Shown here one piece after another: positions 1 to 11,096 of a DNA stretch of 64,000 nt. The stretch spans positions 2,272,001 through 2,336,000 of the forward strand of contig OZ244188.1 of assembly GCA_965216635.1 (NCBI GenBank). The letters run 5' to 3'. A model generated the notes under the pieces. The model saw only the letters and a program-made list of their open reading frames with translations, was not told the DNA's origin and searched no databases. Source of the stretch: a bacterium. GTDB lineage: Bacteria; SAR324; XYD2-FULL-50-16; G965216635. Position 1 is the first letter of the stretch; the number at the start of each line of letters is the position of its first letter. The position numbers and the translations under genes are program-made.

Positions 1-2
1 AC

Positions 3-890
3 AGAGTTTATATTGAAGAAGTAGCAGACATTGAAAAAGAGTTATATCTTGGGTTAGTTTTTGACAGGGATTCTGAGTGCATTATGATTGTAGCCTCTAC
101 TGCTGGAGGAATGAGCGTAGAAGAAATTTCTAACGAAAAACCTGAAACGATTATTCGTTCAAAAGTGGAAGTTGCTGTAGGTATGCAAGAATTTCAAGCG
201 AGAGAGATTGCTTTTGGTTTAGGAATTGAAAACAAACTCATTTCAAGAACAGCAGAAGTTATTATGAAGTGCTACCGTATATTTAGCGAACTGGATGCTA
301 CAATGGTGGAAATCAATCCGCTAGTTATTACGAAAGACAAACATATTTTAGCTTTGGATTGTAAAATGAGTTTTGATAATAATGCGTTATTTCGTAGAAA
401 TACAGTTTCTGAATTAAGAGATAAATCGCAAGAAGATCAAAAGGAAGTCTACGCTGCTGATAGAGGGCTTAACTATGTTAGTTTGGACGGGAATATTGGC
501 AATATTATCAATGGGGCTGGGCTTGCTATGGCATCAATGGATATGATTAAGTTAGCAGGTGGAGAACCTGCAAATTTTTTGGATGTTGGTGGTGGAGCCA
601 CCCCTGAAAAAATAGTAAAAGCCTTTAAGCTAATTACATCCGACGAAAAAGTAAAGGTTATTTTGATAAATATATTCGCTGGAATCAATAGATGTGATTG
701 GGTTGCTGAAGGTATAGTGCAAGCCTTAAAAAAAATTAAAATTGATTTGCCTCTTGTGATTAGACTGGCGGGAACAAATGTAGAAAAAGGTAATAAAATT
801 TTAAAAGAAAGTAAAATTGATTATATTGAAGCATCTACCTTAGAAGATGCAGCGAATAAGGCTGTTGCAGCTTTAAAACAATCTAAATAA
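3..890 (+). CDS. mtkA: Malate--CoA ligase / succinyl-CoA synthetase beta subunit (5'-truncated by window edge)
   Basis: Frame is open from nt 3 (RVYIEEVADIEKELYLG). Motifs GNIINGAGLAM and PANFLDVGGG. The segment FAGINRCDWVAEG looks more like MtkA than SucC (FGGIVRCD). Confidence 0.8.
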   Translation, partial: RVYIEEVADIEKELYLGLVFDRDSECIMIVASTAGGMSVEEISNEKPETIIRSKVEVAVGMQEFQAREIAFGLGIENKLISRTAEVIMKCYRIFSELDATMVEINPLVITKDKHILALDCKMSFDNNALFRRNTVSELRDKSQEDQKEVYAADRGLNYVSLDGNIGNIINGAGLAMASMDMIKLAGGEPANFLDVGGGATPEKIVKAFKLITSDEKVKVILINIFAGINRCDWVAEGIVQALKKIKIDLPLVIRLAGTNVEKGNKILKESKIDYIEASTLEDAANKAVAALKQSK

Positions 891-893
891 ATT

Positions 894-1784
894 ATGTCTA
901 TTCTAATTGACAAAAAAACAAAAATAATTGTTCAAGGTTTTACTGGTAAAATCGGCACTTTTCACGCAGGCGAGATGATCAAATACGGTTCCAATCTTGT
1001 CGGTGGAGTAACCCCAGGTAAAGGCGGACAAACCCACCTTGGTTTGCCCGTTTTTAATACAGTAAAAGACGCAGTTAAGGAAACAGGAGCTACAACTAGC
1101 ATTTTATTTGTACCTCCAACTTTTGCAGCAGATTCTGCTATGGAAGCAGCCGATGCCGGAATTAAAGTTTGTGTTTCCATTGCAGATGGTATTCCTTCTC
1201 ACGATATGATTAAAGTAAAACGTTACATGCGAAGATACGCCAAACAAGAAAAAATGACTTTAATAGGGCCCAACTGCGCTGGCGTTATCTCACCGGGAAA
1301 AACAATGCTCGGAATAATGCCGGGACATATTTATCTACAAGGTGAAGTAGGAGTTATTGGAAGATCAGGCACATTAGGCTACGAAGCTGCACAACAAATG
1401 AAAAATTTAGGTATCGGAGTTTCTACAAGTGTAGGTATTGGAGGAGATCCTATCAATGGCAGTTCCTTTAAAGATATTTTAGAAAAATTTGAAACCGACG
1501 AACACACAAAAGTAGTTTTGATGATAGGTGAAATTGGAGGACCCCAAGAAGTAGCTGCCGGAAAATTTGCAAAGGAAAATATGTCAAAGCCAGTTATTGC
1601 ATATATTGCTGGATTGACAGCTCCCAAAGGTAAAGTAATGGGACACGCTGGAGCCATTGTATCTGCCTATGGAGAAAGTGCCGTTGAAAAAGTGGAATTG
1701 TTAAAAGAATGCGGAGTTATAATTTCTAAAAACCCTTCTGTAATGGGCGATACTGTGAAATCTGTTCTAGAGAAACATAATTAG
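894..1784 (+). CDS. mtkB: Malate--CoA ligase / succinyl-CoA synthetase alpha subunit
   Basis: GVTPGKGG, GPNCAG, SGTL and the phospho-His motif MGHAGA. KRYMRRY and GIMPGHIY are MtkB-like. Confidence 0.8.
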   Translation: MSILIDKKTKIIVQGFTGKIGTFHAGEMIKYGSNLVGGVTPGKGGQTHLGLPVFNTVKDAVKETGATTSILFVPPTFAADSAMEAADAGIKVCVSIADGIPSHDMIKVKRYMRRYAKQEKMTLIGPNCAGVISPGKTMLGIMPGHIYLQGEVGVIGRSGTLGYEAAQQMKNLGIGVSTSVGIGGDPINGSSFKDILEKFETDEHTKVVLMIGEIGGPQEVAAGKFAKENMSKPVIAYIAGLTAPKGKVMGHAGAIVSAYGESAVEKVELLKECGVIISKNPSVMGDTVKSVLEKHN

Positions 1785-1785
1785 A

Positions 1786-1890
1786 AAAAACACCTTGCCG
1801 CAAAAATACCTTGCCGAAAAAACAGCTTGCCACAAAAAGACTTTGCCACAAAAACACCTTGCCGCAAAAACACCTTGCCGCAAAAACAGC
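1786..1890 (+). repeat. Tandem repeat, ~16-bp unit (aaaaacaccttgccgc), ~6.5 imperfect copies
   Basis: Read directly from the sequence. Confidence 0.9.
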
Positions 1891-1968
1891 TATCAGAGTG
1901 ACTATGCTCCAAGGTGGAATCTCTGGAGAGATTTTCCATAGATATTCAAGAAAAACAAAAAGAATACT

Positions 1969-2010
1969 GGCAGATATGCTGATGAATTTACTTTTAGGCT
2001 TAAAGAATGT
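1969..2010 (+). pseudogene. Probable IS1595-family transposase C-terminal relic
   Basis: Translates as GRYADEFTFRLKEC, similar to the IS1595 C-terminal RY..EF.FR motif. It is followed closely by a MITE. Very short. Confidence 0.4.
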
Positions 2011-2016
2011 AGAGAC

Positions 2017-2090
2017 TAGACCTTTGAATTTGTGTTATGTGACGGCTAGACCCAATAGTGGGGTAAGCCTAACACTAATTCAAAAGTCTC
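2017..2090. mobile_element. MITE-like element, short copy
   Basis: Inverted ends tagacctttgaatt ... aattcaaaagtct. Confidence 0.65.
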
Positions 2091-2112
2091 ATAAAGTAGT
2101 AAAATAAAAATC

Positions 2113-3327
2113 ATGCTCACTAAAAAGCAAGCTATTTATAGACTCTCTAAAGGAAATATCTCTCCTTTTCGTTTAAACCAAAACAAACAAAATTTAGACA
2201 TTATTCAGCAAATGATAGAATTGATGGAAGAATCTATTGGAGAAAAAAGTCACGATATAGAAAAATCTTTACAGTACCTAGCAGGACAATTATGGCAACC
2301 AAAAACTACTCAGGCTATAGTAAAACTATTTTTAGATAAAGGATCTTTTGAAGATAAAGAAATGAGTAGAGCGATAGATTTAAGAGATGCCATTTTTAAT
2401 GCTTCCAGCAATTACTGGAATAACCTATCGCTTCTACCAAAATTAGAATACATTGCAACTGATATTTTAAAACAAACTACATTTTCACCGCAAAACGAAG
2501 AAGACTGGCTGTATAAAGATTTACCTGCCAATCAGAAATTGAAAAATTTTGAAACTATTACAGCCGAAGATTTTATTCATTGGCTAAACCTTTGTATGGT
2601 TCGTTCCATTTTACTACAAGCCAAAAAAATGGAAATATTTTTTTTCTCGCACCAAGAAAATCTAAGACAATTTATGCAGTACCTGAAATTTTTTGGGCTT
2701 TTATTTTTGGCAGAAAAAAAAGAAAATAATTGGAGTTTAATCATTGACGGGCCCGAATCTATTTTGGATTCTACTCGCAGTTATGGAATGGATTTTTCTA
2801 ATCTTTTTCCCGCTTTACTACTTATAGAAGGAAAGTGGGAAATGATTGCTGAAATTTGTCTACAAGGAAAACTACAAAATTACTCTTTAAAAATCCAAAA
2901 TTTAGATGGATATAAAAGCCATTATTTTAAAAAAAATTTTTTGAGAAAAAAAGAAATAGAAGTGCTAGTAAAAAATTGGAATAAACAATACGGAGAAAAT
3001 TCACTTACCTCAGATAAAGCCCTAACTAAAGCCTCCCCAAGTTCTGAGATTTTCTCACTACCCGATAATCTTTACTTGTTACCCGATTTTTCTATTCAAA
3101 AAAACAAGCAGATTTATTATTTTGAATGGTTAAGATACCCTAAAAACCAAATTGCTAGTATAAAAAAAAAACAAAAGAACTTACCGAAAAATTATTTTTT
3201 TCTAGTAATTGGCTCAAAAAGAACACTTCTTAAGAACTTTGCCAGTCTCTTTGAAAAAGAGCTAATTATTTGTTTTGCAAAAGAATTTGTGCCCTCCAAA
3301 ATCAAAGAATTTTTAGATAAAAAATAG
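2113..3327 (+). CDS. DUF790 (Bax1-like) family protein
   Basis: LYKDLPANQ, YLKFFGL, IDGPESI..STRSYG and PDF motifs typical of DUF790. Confidence 0.75.
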   Translation: MLTKKQAIYRLSKGNISPFRLNQNKQNLDIIQQMIELMEESIGEKSHDIEKSLQYLAGQLWQPKTTQAIVKLFLDKGSFEDKEMSRAIDLRDAIFNASSNYWNNLSLLPKLEYIATDILKQTTFSPQNEEDWLYKDLPANQKLKNFETITAEDFIHWLNLCMVRSILLQAKKMEIFFFSHQENLRQFMQYLKFFGLLFLAEKKENNWSLIIDGPESILDSTRSYGMDFSNLFPALLLIEGKWEMIAEICLQGKLQNYSLKIQNLDGYKSHYFKKNFLRKKEIEVLVKNWNKQYGENSLTSDKALTKASPSSEIFSLPDNLYLLPDFSIQKNKQIYYFEWLRYPKNQIASIKKKQKNLPKNYFFLVIGSKRTLLKNFASLFEKELIICFAKEFVPSKIKEFLDKK

Positions 3328-3346
3328 CGTAGCCAAAATTCAACCG

Positions 3347-3484
3347 CTATCTCTTAACAGGTTTTCTTTTTATACGCGTACGCGATTTAGGTGCAGGCGG
3401 ACGAGGAGTTGTAGAAGGAGGATTTACACCCCCTTTTCTAACCCTACCTTCATTCACACGATATATGTCACTTTTTTCTGTCAT
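3347..3484 (-). CDS. Small Pro/Lys/Arg-rich peptide, 45 aa (MTEKSDIYRVNEGRVRKGGVNPPSTTPRPPAPKSRTRIKRKPVKR)
   Basis: ATG overlaps the TGA of the upstream gene (ATGA). Open for 46 codons. Not in the supplied ORF track. Confidence 0.6.
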   Translation of the reverse strand: MTEKSDIYRVNEGRVRKGGVNPPSTTPRPPAPKSRTRIKRKPVKR

Positions 3485-4125
3485 TGTTTTTTTTTAGTTT
3501 TTTTGGTTCTTATTTCAATAGCAATTTTATCTTTAGGTAAAGACAGATATTGAACCGCCACTTCATCTAATGGTTTTTTTGTGTTATTTCCATCATACAC
3601 TTTGACATCAGTAAGTAATATTTCAGCTTCTTTGCTAGTCTCTGAAAATGACTCAACTTTACCATCATACACTAAGTCGTTTTCAAGGTCACGAACGATT
3701 ATCCAATAAATTTCATCAGAATTCATCAGATAGCTCCAAACATCTAATTCTCCAGATTTATTAGTTATCCCTAATTTTCGCAGAATTTTAAACTGCAATT
3801 TATGTGTGTCAATCCAAATAAAAATTATAGCCAACAAAACCGAAATCACGCAAACCAATAAAATTTCTTTAAACGATATAGCTTGTTCTGTATTAACCAA
3901 CGCATCCAAAAAAGTTGCAGAATCTACATTACATCCAATACTAGACAAAAATTCTACAAAAAGCCAATGGCTGAAATAGGCTATCATTCCTAATAGATAG
4001 GAATTAATAACAAACTGGAATTGTGTTCTTTCTTTATGAGTAGTAAATGTATCTACAAGATAGGAACAGATAATCCCAGGCAAAAACAGTAAAAGAAGTC
4101 TAAATACAAATTCGCTTAAATCCAT
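3481..4125 (-). CDS. Membrane protein, DUF6338-like
   Basis: N-terminal LLLFLPG, three hydrophobic segments, then a DVW...Y.G...FS...EILL.DV.V soluble domain. Confidence 0.6.
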   Translation of the reverse strand: MDLSEFVFRLLLLFLPGIICSYLVDTFTTHKERTQFQFVINSYLLGMIAYFSHWLFVEFLSSIGCNVDSATFLDALVNTEQAISFKEILLVCVISVLLAIIFIWIDTHKLQFKILRKLGITNKSGELDVWSYLMNSDEIYWIIVRDLENDLVYDGKVESFSETSKEAEILLTDVKVYDGNNTKKPLDEVAVQYLSLPKDKIAIEIRTKKTKKKQ

Positions 4126-4207
4126 TTATATTTTTATTTTGTAGTAGTTAGTGACTAAATTTTAGCTATTCCTAAAAAATAGCCAACAGAAATATAACGT
4201 TTTGCAT

Positions 4208-4243
4208 AAAAAAGCCCCTACTTTTTAAAAAGTAGGGGCTTTT
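4208..4243 (-). terminator. Rho-independent terminator of groESL (bidirectional-looking)
   Basis: Hairpin aaaagcccctactttt / aaaagtaggggctttt with an A-run on the left. Confidence 0.85.
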
Positions 4244-4278
4244 ATTTCTAAGTGGTAGAGTAGTAACCGAAAGGCTTA

Positions 4279-5946
<1,668 letters not shown>

Positions 5947-5970
5947 TTAATTGTTAAAGTTTGTTATAGG

Positions 5971-6255
5971 TTATTTTGTAATAATACCTACAATATCATC
6001 TTCTCGCATGATGAGATATTCTTCCCCATCCATTTTAATTTCTGTTCCTGCATACTTGCTAAAAAGTATGTCATCTCCTTTTTTCACATCCAGAGGCATT
6101 CGCTTTCCGTCTTCTTTTTTACCTTCTCCAACTGCTATAATCACACCTTCTTGAGGTTGTTCTTTTGCAGTGTCCGGTATAATAATACCAGATGCTGTTT
6201 TTGTTTCAGCGTCTTTGCGTTTAACGATAACTCTATCTTGCAATGGTTTAATCAT
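5971..6255 (-). CDS. groS: Co-chaperonin GroES
   Basis: [16 protein letters not shown] and KYAGTE. Confidence 0.99.
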   Translation of the reverse strand: MIKPLQDRVIVKRKDAETKTASGIIIPDTAKEQPQEGVIIAVGEGKKEDGKRMPLDVKKGDDILFSKYAGTEIKMDGEEYLIMREDDIVGIITK

Positions 6256-6327
6256 TTTTTATTTAATTATTTGAATTTTAAGTTAAAATAAATGAATCTA
6301 AGATTCCTGCTTTTAGGCATTAAGATA

Positions 6328-6356
6328 ATGATACCCTAATTTTTAAAAAATTGCAA
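6328..6356 (-). promoter_or_regulatory. sigma70-like promoter of groESL
   Basis: Minus strand TTGCAA-17 bp-TATCAT. No CIRCE palindrome seen. Confidence 0.55.
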
Positions 6357-6402
6357 GAGTTTTTTAAGAAGAATGAATTATTTTTTTTTTTCATTAAAAA
6401 GC

Positions 6403-6432
6403 GCCGTCACATCAGCGAAATTCAAAGGTCTA
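6403..6432. mobile_element. MITE terminal fragment
   Basis: gccgtcacatcagcgaaattcaaaggtcta, abutting the nuoN stop codon. Confidence 0.55.
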
Positions 6433-7863
6433 TCACCGCAATAGTAGAGAAAAAATAATACCATCCAACAAACTAGGAAAAAGACCTAGGATTAATAATA
6501 GAAAAGCACAGGTAGAAAAAACAATAACGGCTCCCAGTGAAGAAATATTTTGCGAAGTAGTTGGTTGGTAGGCTTTTGAGAAAAGCTTTATTCCAAAGCG
6601 AAAATAATAACCTACAGAAATAAGACTAGCTAGCATTCCCAAAATAACCAAAATCAAATATCCATTTTGCAGACTCGCGTAAAAAAGATAAAGTTTTCCA
6701 ATAAAACCCCCAGTAATGGGTATTCCCGCCAGACTAAATAGAAAAAAAATCAATAAACTAGAGGTTAAGGGATAACTAAAACCCAAGCCCCTTAAATCAT
6801 CAAAATAAAGAACTTCCTTTTTTCCTGTTAGATAGATAATGCTCGCAAAAACCCCCAAACTTCCCAAGCTATAAACTGTAAAATAAAAAAACAAAGAAGC
6901 TATTCCTTGAAAAGAAAAACTCAAAACTCCTAGCATTAAAAAACCAGCGTGGCTAATAGAAGAATAGGCTAGAACTCTTTTCACTTTATGCTGTGCTAAG
7001 GCTAAAAGGTTGCCAGCCATTAAACTCAGAGCGGTGAGTATAAAAATCACAGTAATCCAAACTTGGCTATAAGAATAAAAAGCCGAAATACAGATTTTAG
7101 CAAAAACGGCAATAAAAGAAATTTTAAGAGGTGTAGAAAAGAAAGCAGTAATATTGAGAGGCGAGCCTTCGTATAAATCAGGCGCCCACATATGAAAAGG
7201 CACTAAAGAAATTTTAAAACCAAACCCTACAGTAATCAAAAGAACGCCTAAAGCAGGCAGAGTGTGTATAGTTTCTTTGCTTAAAAAATTTTGAATTTGC
7301 TCTAATTCAAAACTCCCACTAGCTCCAAAAATCAGCACTATTCCATAAAGTAAAATAGCAGAAGAAAAGGCATTGAGTAAAAAGTATTTCATTGCCCCTT
7401 CAACAGAAAACAAACTCTTTCTATCCAATGCAGCTAGCACAAAAGAAGTAATAGAAGCAGTTTCTAAACACAAATAGATAAAAAAGAGATGCTCGCTACT
7501 CACCAAAAACAGCATACTTATCAAAACAATATGTGTTAGAAAATAAAATTCTGCAGAATGAATTTTATGGATTTTAAGAAAATCAGAACCCATCAAAACA
7601 CAAAACAAAGAACCTGAAATCAATAAAATTTTAAGCGATTGACTCCAAGCATCGGCAAAGATAAATCCATGAAAACCTTCCCCTTGCACGGAAAAATAGA
7701 TAACGAGCCAAAGAATAGCAACGAGATGAAAAAAGGGGCTTAAGATACTCAAAAGATTTTGCCTAGCAGGTGCGAACATTCCTATTAACAAAATCAAAAA
7801 TGCACCTGCGAGGAGCCACAACTCCGCTGCAATCAAACCCAATCGTAAAAAATCAAGATTCAT
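6433..7863 (-). CDS. nuoN: NADH-quinone oxidoreductase subunit N
   Basis: EGAMKYF, FKISLVPFHMWAPDLYEG, LAYSSISHAG and LAGIP. Confidence 0.95.
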   Translation of the reverse strand: MNLDFLRLGLIAAELWLLAGAFLILLIGMFAPARQNLLSILSPFFHLVAILWLVIYFSVQGEGFHGFIFADAWSQSLKILLISGSLFCVLMGSDFLKIHKIHSAEFYFLTHIVLISMLFLVSSEHLFFIYLCLETASITSFVLAALDRKSLFSVEGAMKYFLLNAFSSAILLYGIVLIFGASGSFELEQIQNFLSKETIHTLPALGVLLITVGFGFKISLVPFHMWAPDLYEGSPLNITAFFSTPLKISFIAVFAKICISAFYSYSQVWITVIFILTALSLMAGNLLALAQHKVKRVLAYSSISHAGFLMLGVLSFSFQGIASLFFYFTVYSLGSLGVFASIIYLTGKKEVLYFDDLRGLGFSYPLTSSLLIFFLFSLAGIPITGGFIGKLYLFYASLQNGYLILVILGMLASLISVGYYFRFGIKLFSKAYQPTTSQNISSLGAVIVFSTCAFLLLILGLFPSLLDGIIFSLLLR

Positions 7864-7881
7864 TAATTCAGGAAGTTCAAT

Positions 7882-9285
7882 TTATATGTCAAAATAATTA
7901 TCAATTTTTTCTCTCACTTCTTGTATTAACCTTTTCTTTTCGTCTTTCAAGCTAAAAGCTTCTTTTACTAATTTTGTAATTTTAGCAATAGAATTTTCAT
8001 CTAAAATCGGGATTTCAATTTCTTTTAATCTTTCTTCTCTTAAGTGCGGAATTGTAGACGCTACCACAGTTCTTCTTATTGCAGGAATCAATCCTGTTTC
8101 TTTAAGTGAAAGTATAGTAAATAAATATTCTTGGGTGATATTATTTGATTTTGCCGCTTGGTTTAATTTGATTTTTGCAAATCCAGAAGCAACTACTACT
8201 TTATCATATTTTGATATAATCGCAGTTTCACCTATTATACCATCTTTTGAAAAAACTATATCTCCATTAGTAGCTTCATTGTTTAATGTGCTAGCTAATT
8301 TATTTGAAACAAAATAATCAGGAAAAATATCTATTTCATTATTTGTAATATCTGAGGTTCTAATAAATGCAAAATCTTCTTTTTTTTTAAATAACTCAGT
8401 TTTGTAATTATTGCTTCCAACTTCTATTCCTTTTTTAATAATAGAAATAGAACCTAATTTGACACATTTAAATTTATTTTTTATTTCATCTTCAATTTTT
8501 GTGTATCTTGGTAGATGTGACCTTCCGTTCCAAATACCAAAATTTTGAATTGATGATAAATTGACTGAAAAAAAAATATTTTTATTATCAAACTTTATAT
8601 CCAATTTATTTCTCAAAATAGCCTGTGCTTTTTTTATGTTGTTAATTGCATTTCTATTATTACTAACAATAGTTTTAGTCTTTTCTTCTATTGATTTTAA
8701 AATATTCTTCTCTGGAATAAATACTCTCATCTCTTTTAACTGTGAATGAGTCATCTCCACTCTTGTAACCCCATGAGTAGCTAATCCAGTTTGGGCTTTA
8801 TAAAATTTTGAATTTAGATATCCAATTAAATAATATGGAGACACTTCATTACTATTTATAGTTATTTTTGATATATGTTGACTTATTACAAAATTTTCAT
8901 TCGCTTCATCTACAATGCTTGCAACTCCTAATTTTTCAATTGTAGCTTGTGTTCTTCCCATAACAATATCGTTTTTTTGCACTCTAATTTTTACTGGAAC
9001 ATTTTTTAGGACAAAAACAAAACTTTTTTCTCGTTCATCTATTGCAAATGGTTTAATGTTCCCAACTCTTATATATGGGACGCCTTTTGACTTATTTATG
9101 TAAGTATCAATGTAGCTACCACTTGATATTTTAGTATTTAGCTCACCAAGAGTTTTAACTTTACAAATACTTTTACTTTCAAGTTTGGTAAAGATATGAT
9201 TTAAAAAAAAGTATTTTACATCAAGACGTTCGCTTTTTGAATTTACAATTTCAGTTTTGAACGTGGTGATAATTTTTAATGTCAT
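7882..9285 (-). CDS. Restriction-modification specificity (S-type) subunit with two TRDs
   Basis: RLDVKYF, two LG......G...PYIR/FIR TRD units, and EIEIPI followed by a helix. Overlaps the upstream gene (ATGA). Confidence 0.85.
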   Translation of the reverse strand: MTLKIITTFKTEIVNSKSERLDVKYFFLNHIFTKLESKSICKVKTLGELNTKISSGSYIDTYINKSKGVPYIRVGNIKPFAIDEREKSFVFVLKNVPVKIRVQKNDIVMGRTQATIEKLGVASIVDEANENFVISQHISKITINSNEVSPYYLIGYLNSKFYKAQTGLATHGVTRVEMTHSQLKEMRVFIPEKNILKSIEEKTKTIVSNNRNAINNIKKAQAILRNKLDIKFDNKNIFFSVNLSSIQNFGIWNGRSHLPRYTKIEDEIKNKFKCVKLGSISIIKKGIEVGSNNYKTELFKKKEDFAFIRTSDITNNEIDIFPDYFVSNKLASTLNNEATNGDIVFSKDGIIGETAIISKYDKVVVASGFAKIKLNQAAKSNNITQEYLFTILSLKETGLIPAIRRTVVASTIPHLREERLKEIEIPILDENSIAKITKLVKEAFSLKDEKKRLIQEVREKIDNYFDI

Positions 9286-11063
9286 CGTGAAATTTTAAAA
9301 AGTAAATTTATTTTGTTTTTCCATTCTTTAAAATTTTTCGTAACATTGATTATATCATCACCTTCTATTTTTTTACCTCTTCTATCATGTCCGCAGTATT
9401 CTGCTACAGCCATAAATATTGGGTAGTCTTTTGGAATTGTATTTTTGGGTAATTTTTGAAGTACTATTATGGACGTTTTTGTACCTGTGTTTGGTAAAAA
9501 TGTTTCCAAAGGGAGATCAATAATAGCAATAATTCTACCTTGTTTTAAAAGCCAATTTCTTATATAGGCTAAACTTTCATTTCCATAAATACCATCAGGC
9601 AAAACTATTGCCATTCTTCCTCCATCTCTTAATAATTGAAAACATCTTTCAATAAAAAGAATTTGAGGAGCTTCTTTACCTTTGAGGTTTCCTTTTTCCC
9701 ATTCACCTGTTTTTTTATCTTGTTTCCATTTATACCCTAACTCAAATTGTTTGAGTTTGTCTTCTCCACTAACAGGAATTTTTGCACCAAAGGGGGGGGT
9801 TGTAAGTAAAACATCAAAAGTATTTAATTTGATCTTTTGTTTTGTAATCTCTTTCCAATTATCAAAAGTTTCCAAACTATCATCACAAACAACACCACTT
9901 GTGCCATCTCCAATGAGAGTCATATAGGCTTTGGTAACTTTGGAAAGAAATCCATCTTTATCTATACCTCTAAACTTATTTGTAGCAACTTTTAGTTTTT
10001 CTGTATTGATTTCATTTTCTGACCAATTATAGTCTTCACCTTTTTTATCAATTTTTTTCCAAACATGCTTCAAGGCTTCAATCAAAAAACCACCACTACC
10101 GCAGGCTGGATCTATAATTAAATCCTCTTCTGTAGGATCTAAAATTTCCACCATCATTTTAACAACATTTCTTGGAGTAAAAAACTGTCCCTGTCCTCCT
10201 TTTAAAGCTTTTCCAATAAATGTTTCAAAAGCGTCTGCAATTACATCTCTTTCAGTTTCCATTAAACAATATTTTTGTAGTTCTCCTACAACATAAGCAA
10301 TAGATTTATCATCTAATTCTATTACATCACTGTCATCTAAAACGTCTTTGTATTTTATTTTCACTTTAGCAAAAATTTCTAAAATTCTTTTTTTCACAAC
10401 TTCGGTATCTTCCCCTACACCTGCTCTAAAAGTAATTATATCTTCTTTTTTTGTATTTTTTTCGTCGTAAAGTTTACAGAAAATAAGATTGATAAGCTGT
10501 TGCGCTAAAGGTTCATCTCTTGTGGATTCTTTTGCATTAGCGGCTAAATAATTTCTAATTGTTTTGAAAGTTGCTTTTAGGTTATGAGTAGATTTAAGAT
10601 CTTTTCTCTTAAATTTTCCAATATCTTCTAATCTCTGTTTATATATTGGAATATTGGGGATTTCTTCAAATTCAACCCTTCCTTTTTTTTCAAATTTTCT
10701 TAAAAAAATTCTTTCTTCACCATTAAACCAGACTCCTAAAAAAGCTCTAGAAAATCTTAAATAATCTTGAAGTTGTGTTTTTCCGTCTTGTTTGTTTTTT
10801 TTTTTACACTCTACAATTATATAAATATCGTCTTCTTGTTTTTCGTCGTTTGAAAAAACAGCAATATCTACAGAATATTCTTTTTTTGCATCAGAAGGTC
10901 TGACTCTTACCCTAAATTGAGGTCTTGTTTGGATATACCTCTTTGGATAGCCGTAATCTTCTACTAGTTGTTTAGCGAAAACTTGAACTGCTTCAAGTTC
11001 CTCTGAAGTAGCTCTTACTTGCTGACCTGAAACAAAATCAACTATATAATCTTTTTTATCCAT
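9282..11063 (-). CDS. N6-adenine DNA methyltransferase with N-terminal HsdR_N-type PD-(D/E)XK nuclease domain (type IIB/IIG-like)
   Basis: VDIAVF...IVECKK nuclease motif, GQFFTPR, and motif I DPACGSGGF. Motif IV reads TPPF instead of NPPF. Confidence 0.85.
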   Translation of the reverse strand: MDKKDYIVDFVSGQQVRATSEELEAVQVFAKQLVEDYGYPKRYIQTRPQFRVRVRPSDAKKEYSVDIAVFSNDEKQEDDIYIIVECKKKNKQDGKTQLQDYLRFSRAFLGVWFNGEERIFLRKFEKKGRVEFEEIPNIPIYKQRLEDIGKFKRKDLKSTHNLKATFKTIRNYLAANAKESTRDEPLAQQLINLIFCKLYDEKNTKKEDIITFRAGVGEDTEVVKKRILEIFAKVKIKYKDVLDDSDVIELDDKSIAYVVGELQKYCLMETERDVIADAFETFIGKALKGGQGQFFTPRNVVKMMVEILDPTEEDLIIDPACGSGGFLIEALKHVWKKIDKKGEDYNWSENEINTEKLKVATNKFRGIDKDGFLSKVTKAYMTLIGDGTSGVVCDDSLETFDNWKEITKQKIKLNTFDVLLTTPPFGAKIPVSGEDKLKQFELGYKWKQDKKTGEWEKGNLKGKEAPQILFIERCFQLLRDGGRMAIVLPDGIYGNESLAYIRNWLLKQGRIIAIIDLPLETFLPNTGTKTSIIVLQKLPKNTIPKDYPIFMAVAEYCGHDRRGKKIEGDDIINVTKNFKEWKNKINLLFKISR

Positions 11064-11096
11064 TGTAGATTGATGAGTTAATTAAAATTTAACTTT

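Noticed and set aside
1811..2107. 98-aa ORF
   Set aside because: Made of a tandem repeat, an IS relic and a MITE, with a TTG start and no recognisable protein features.
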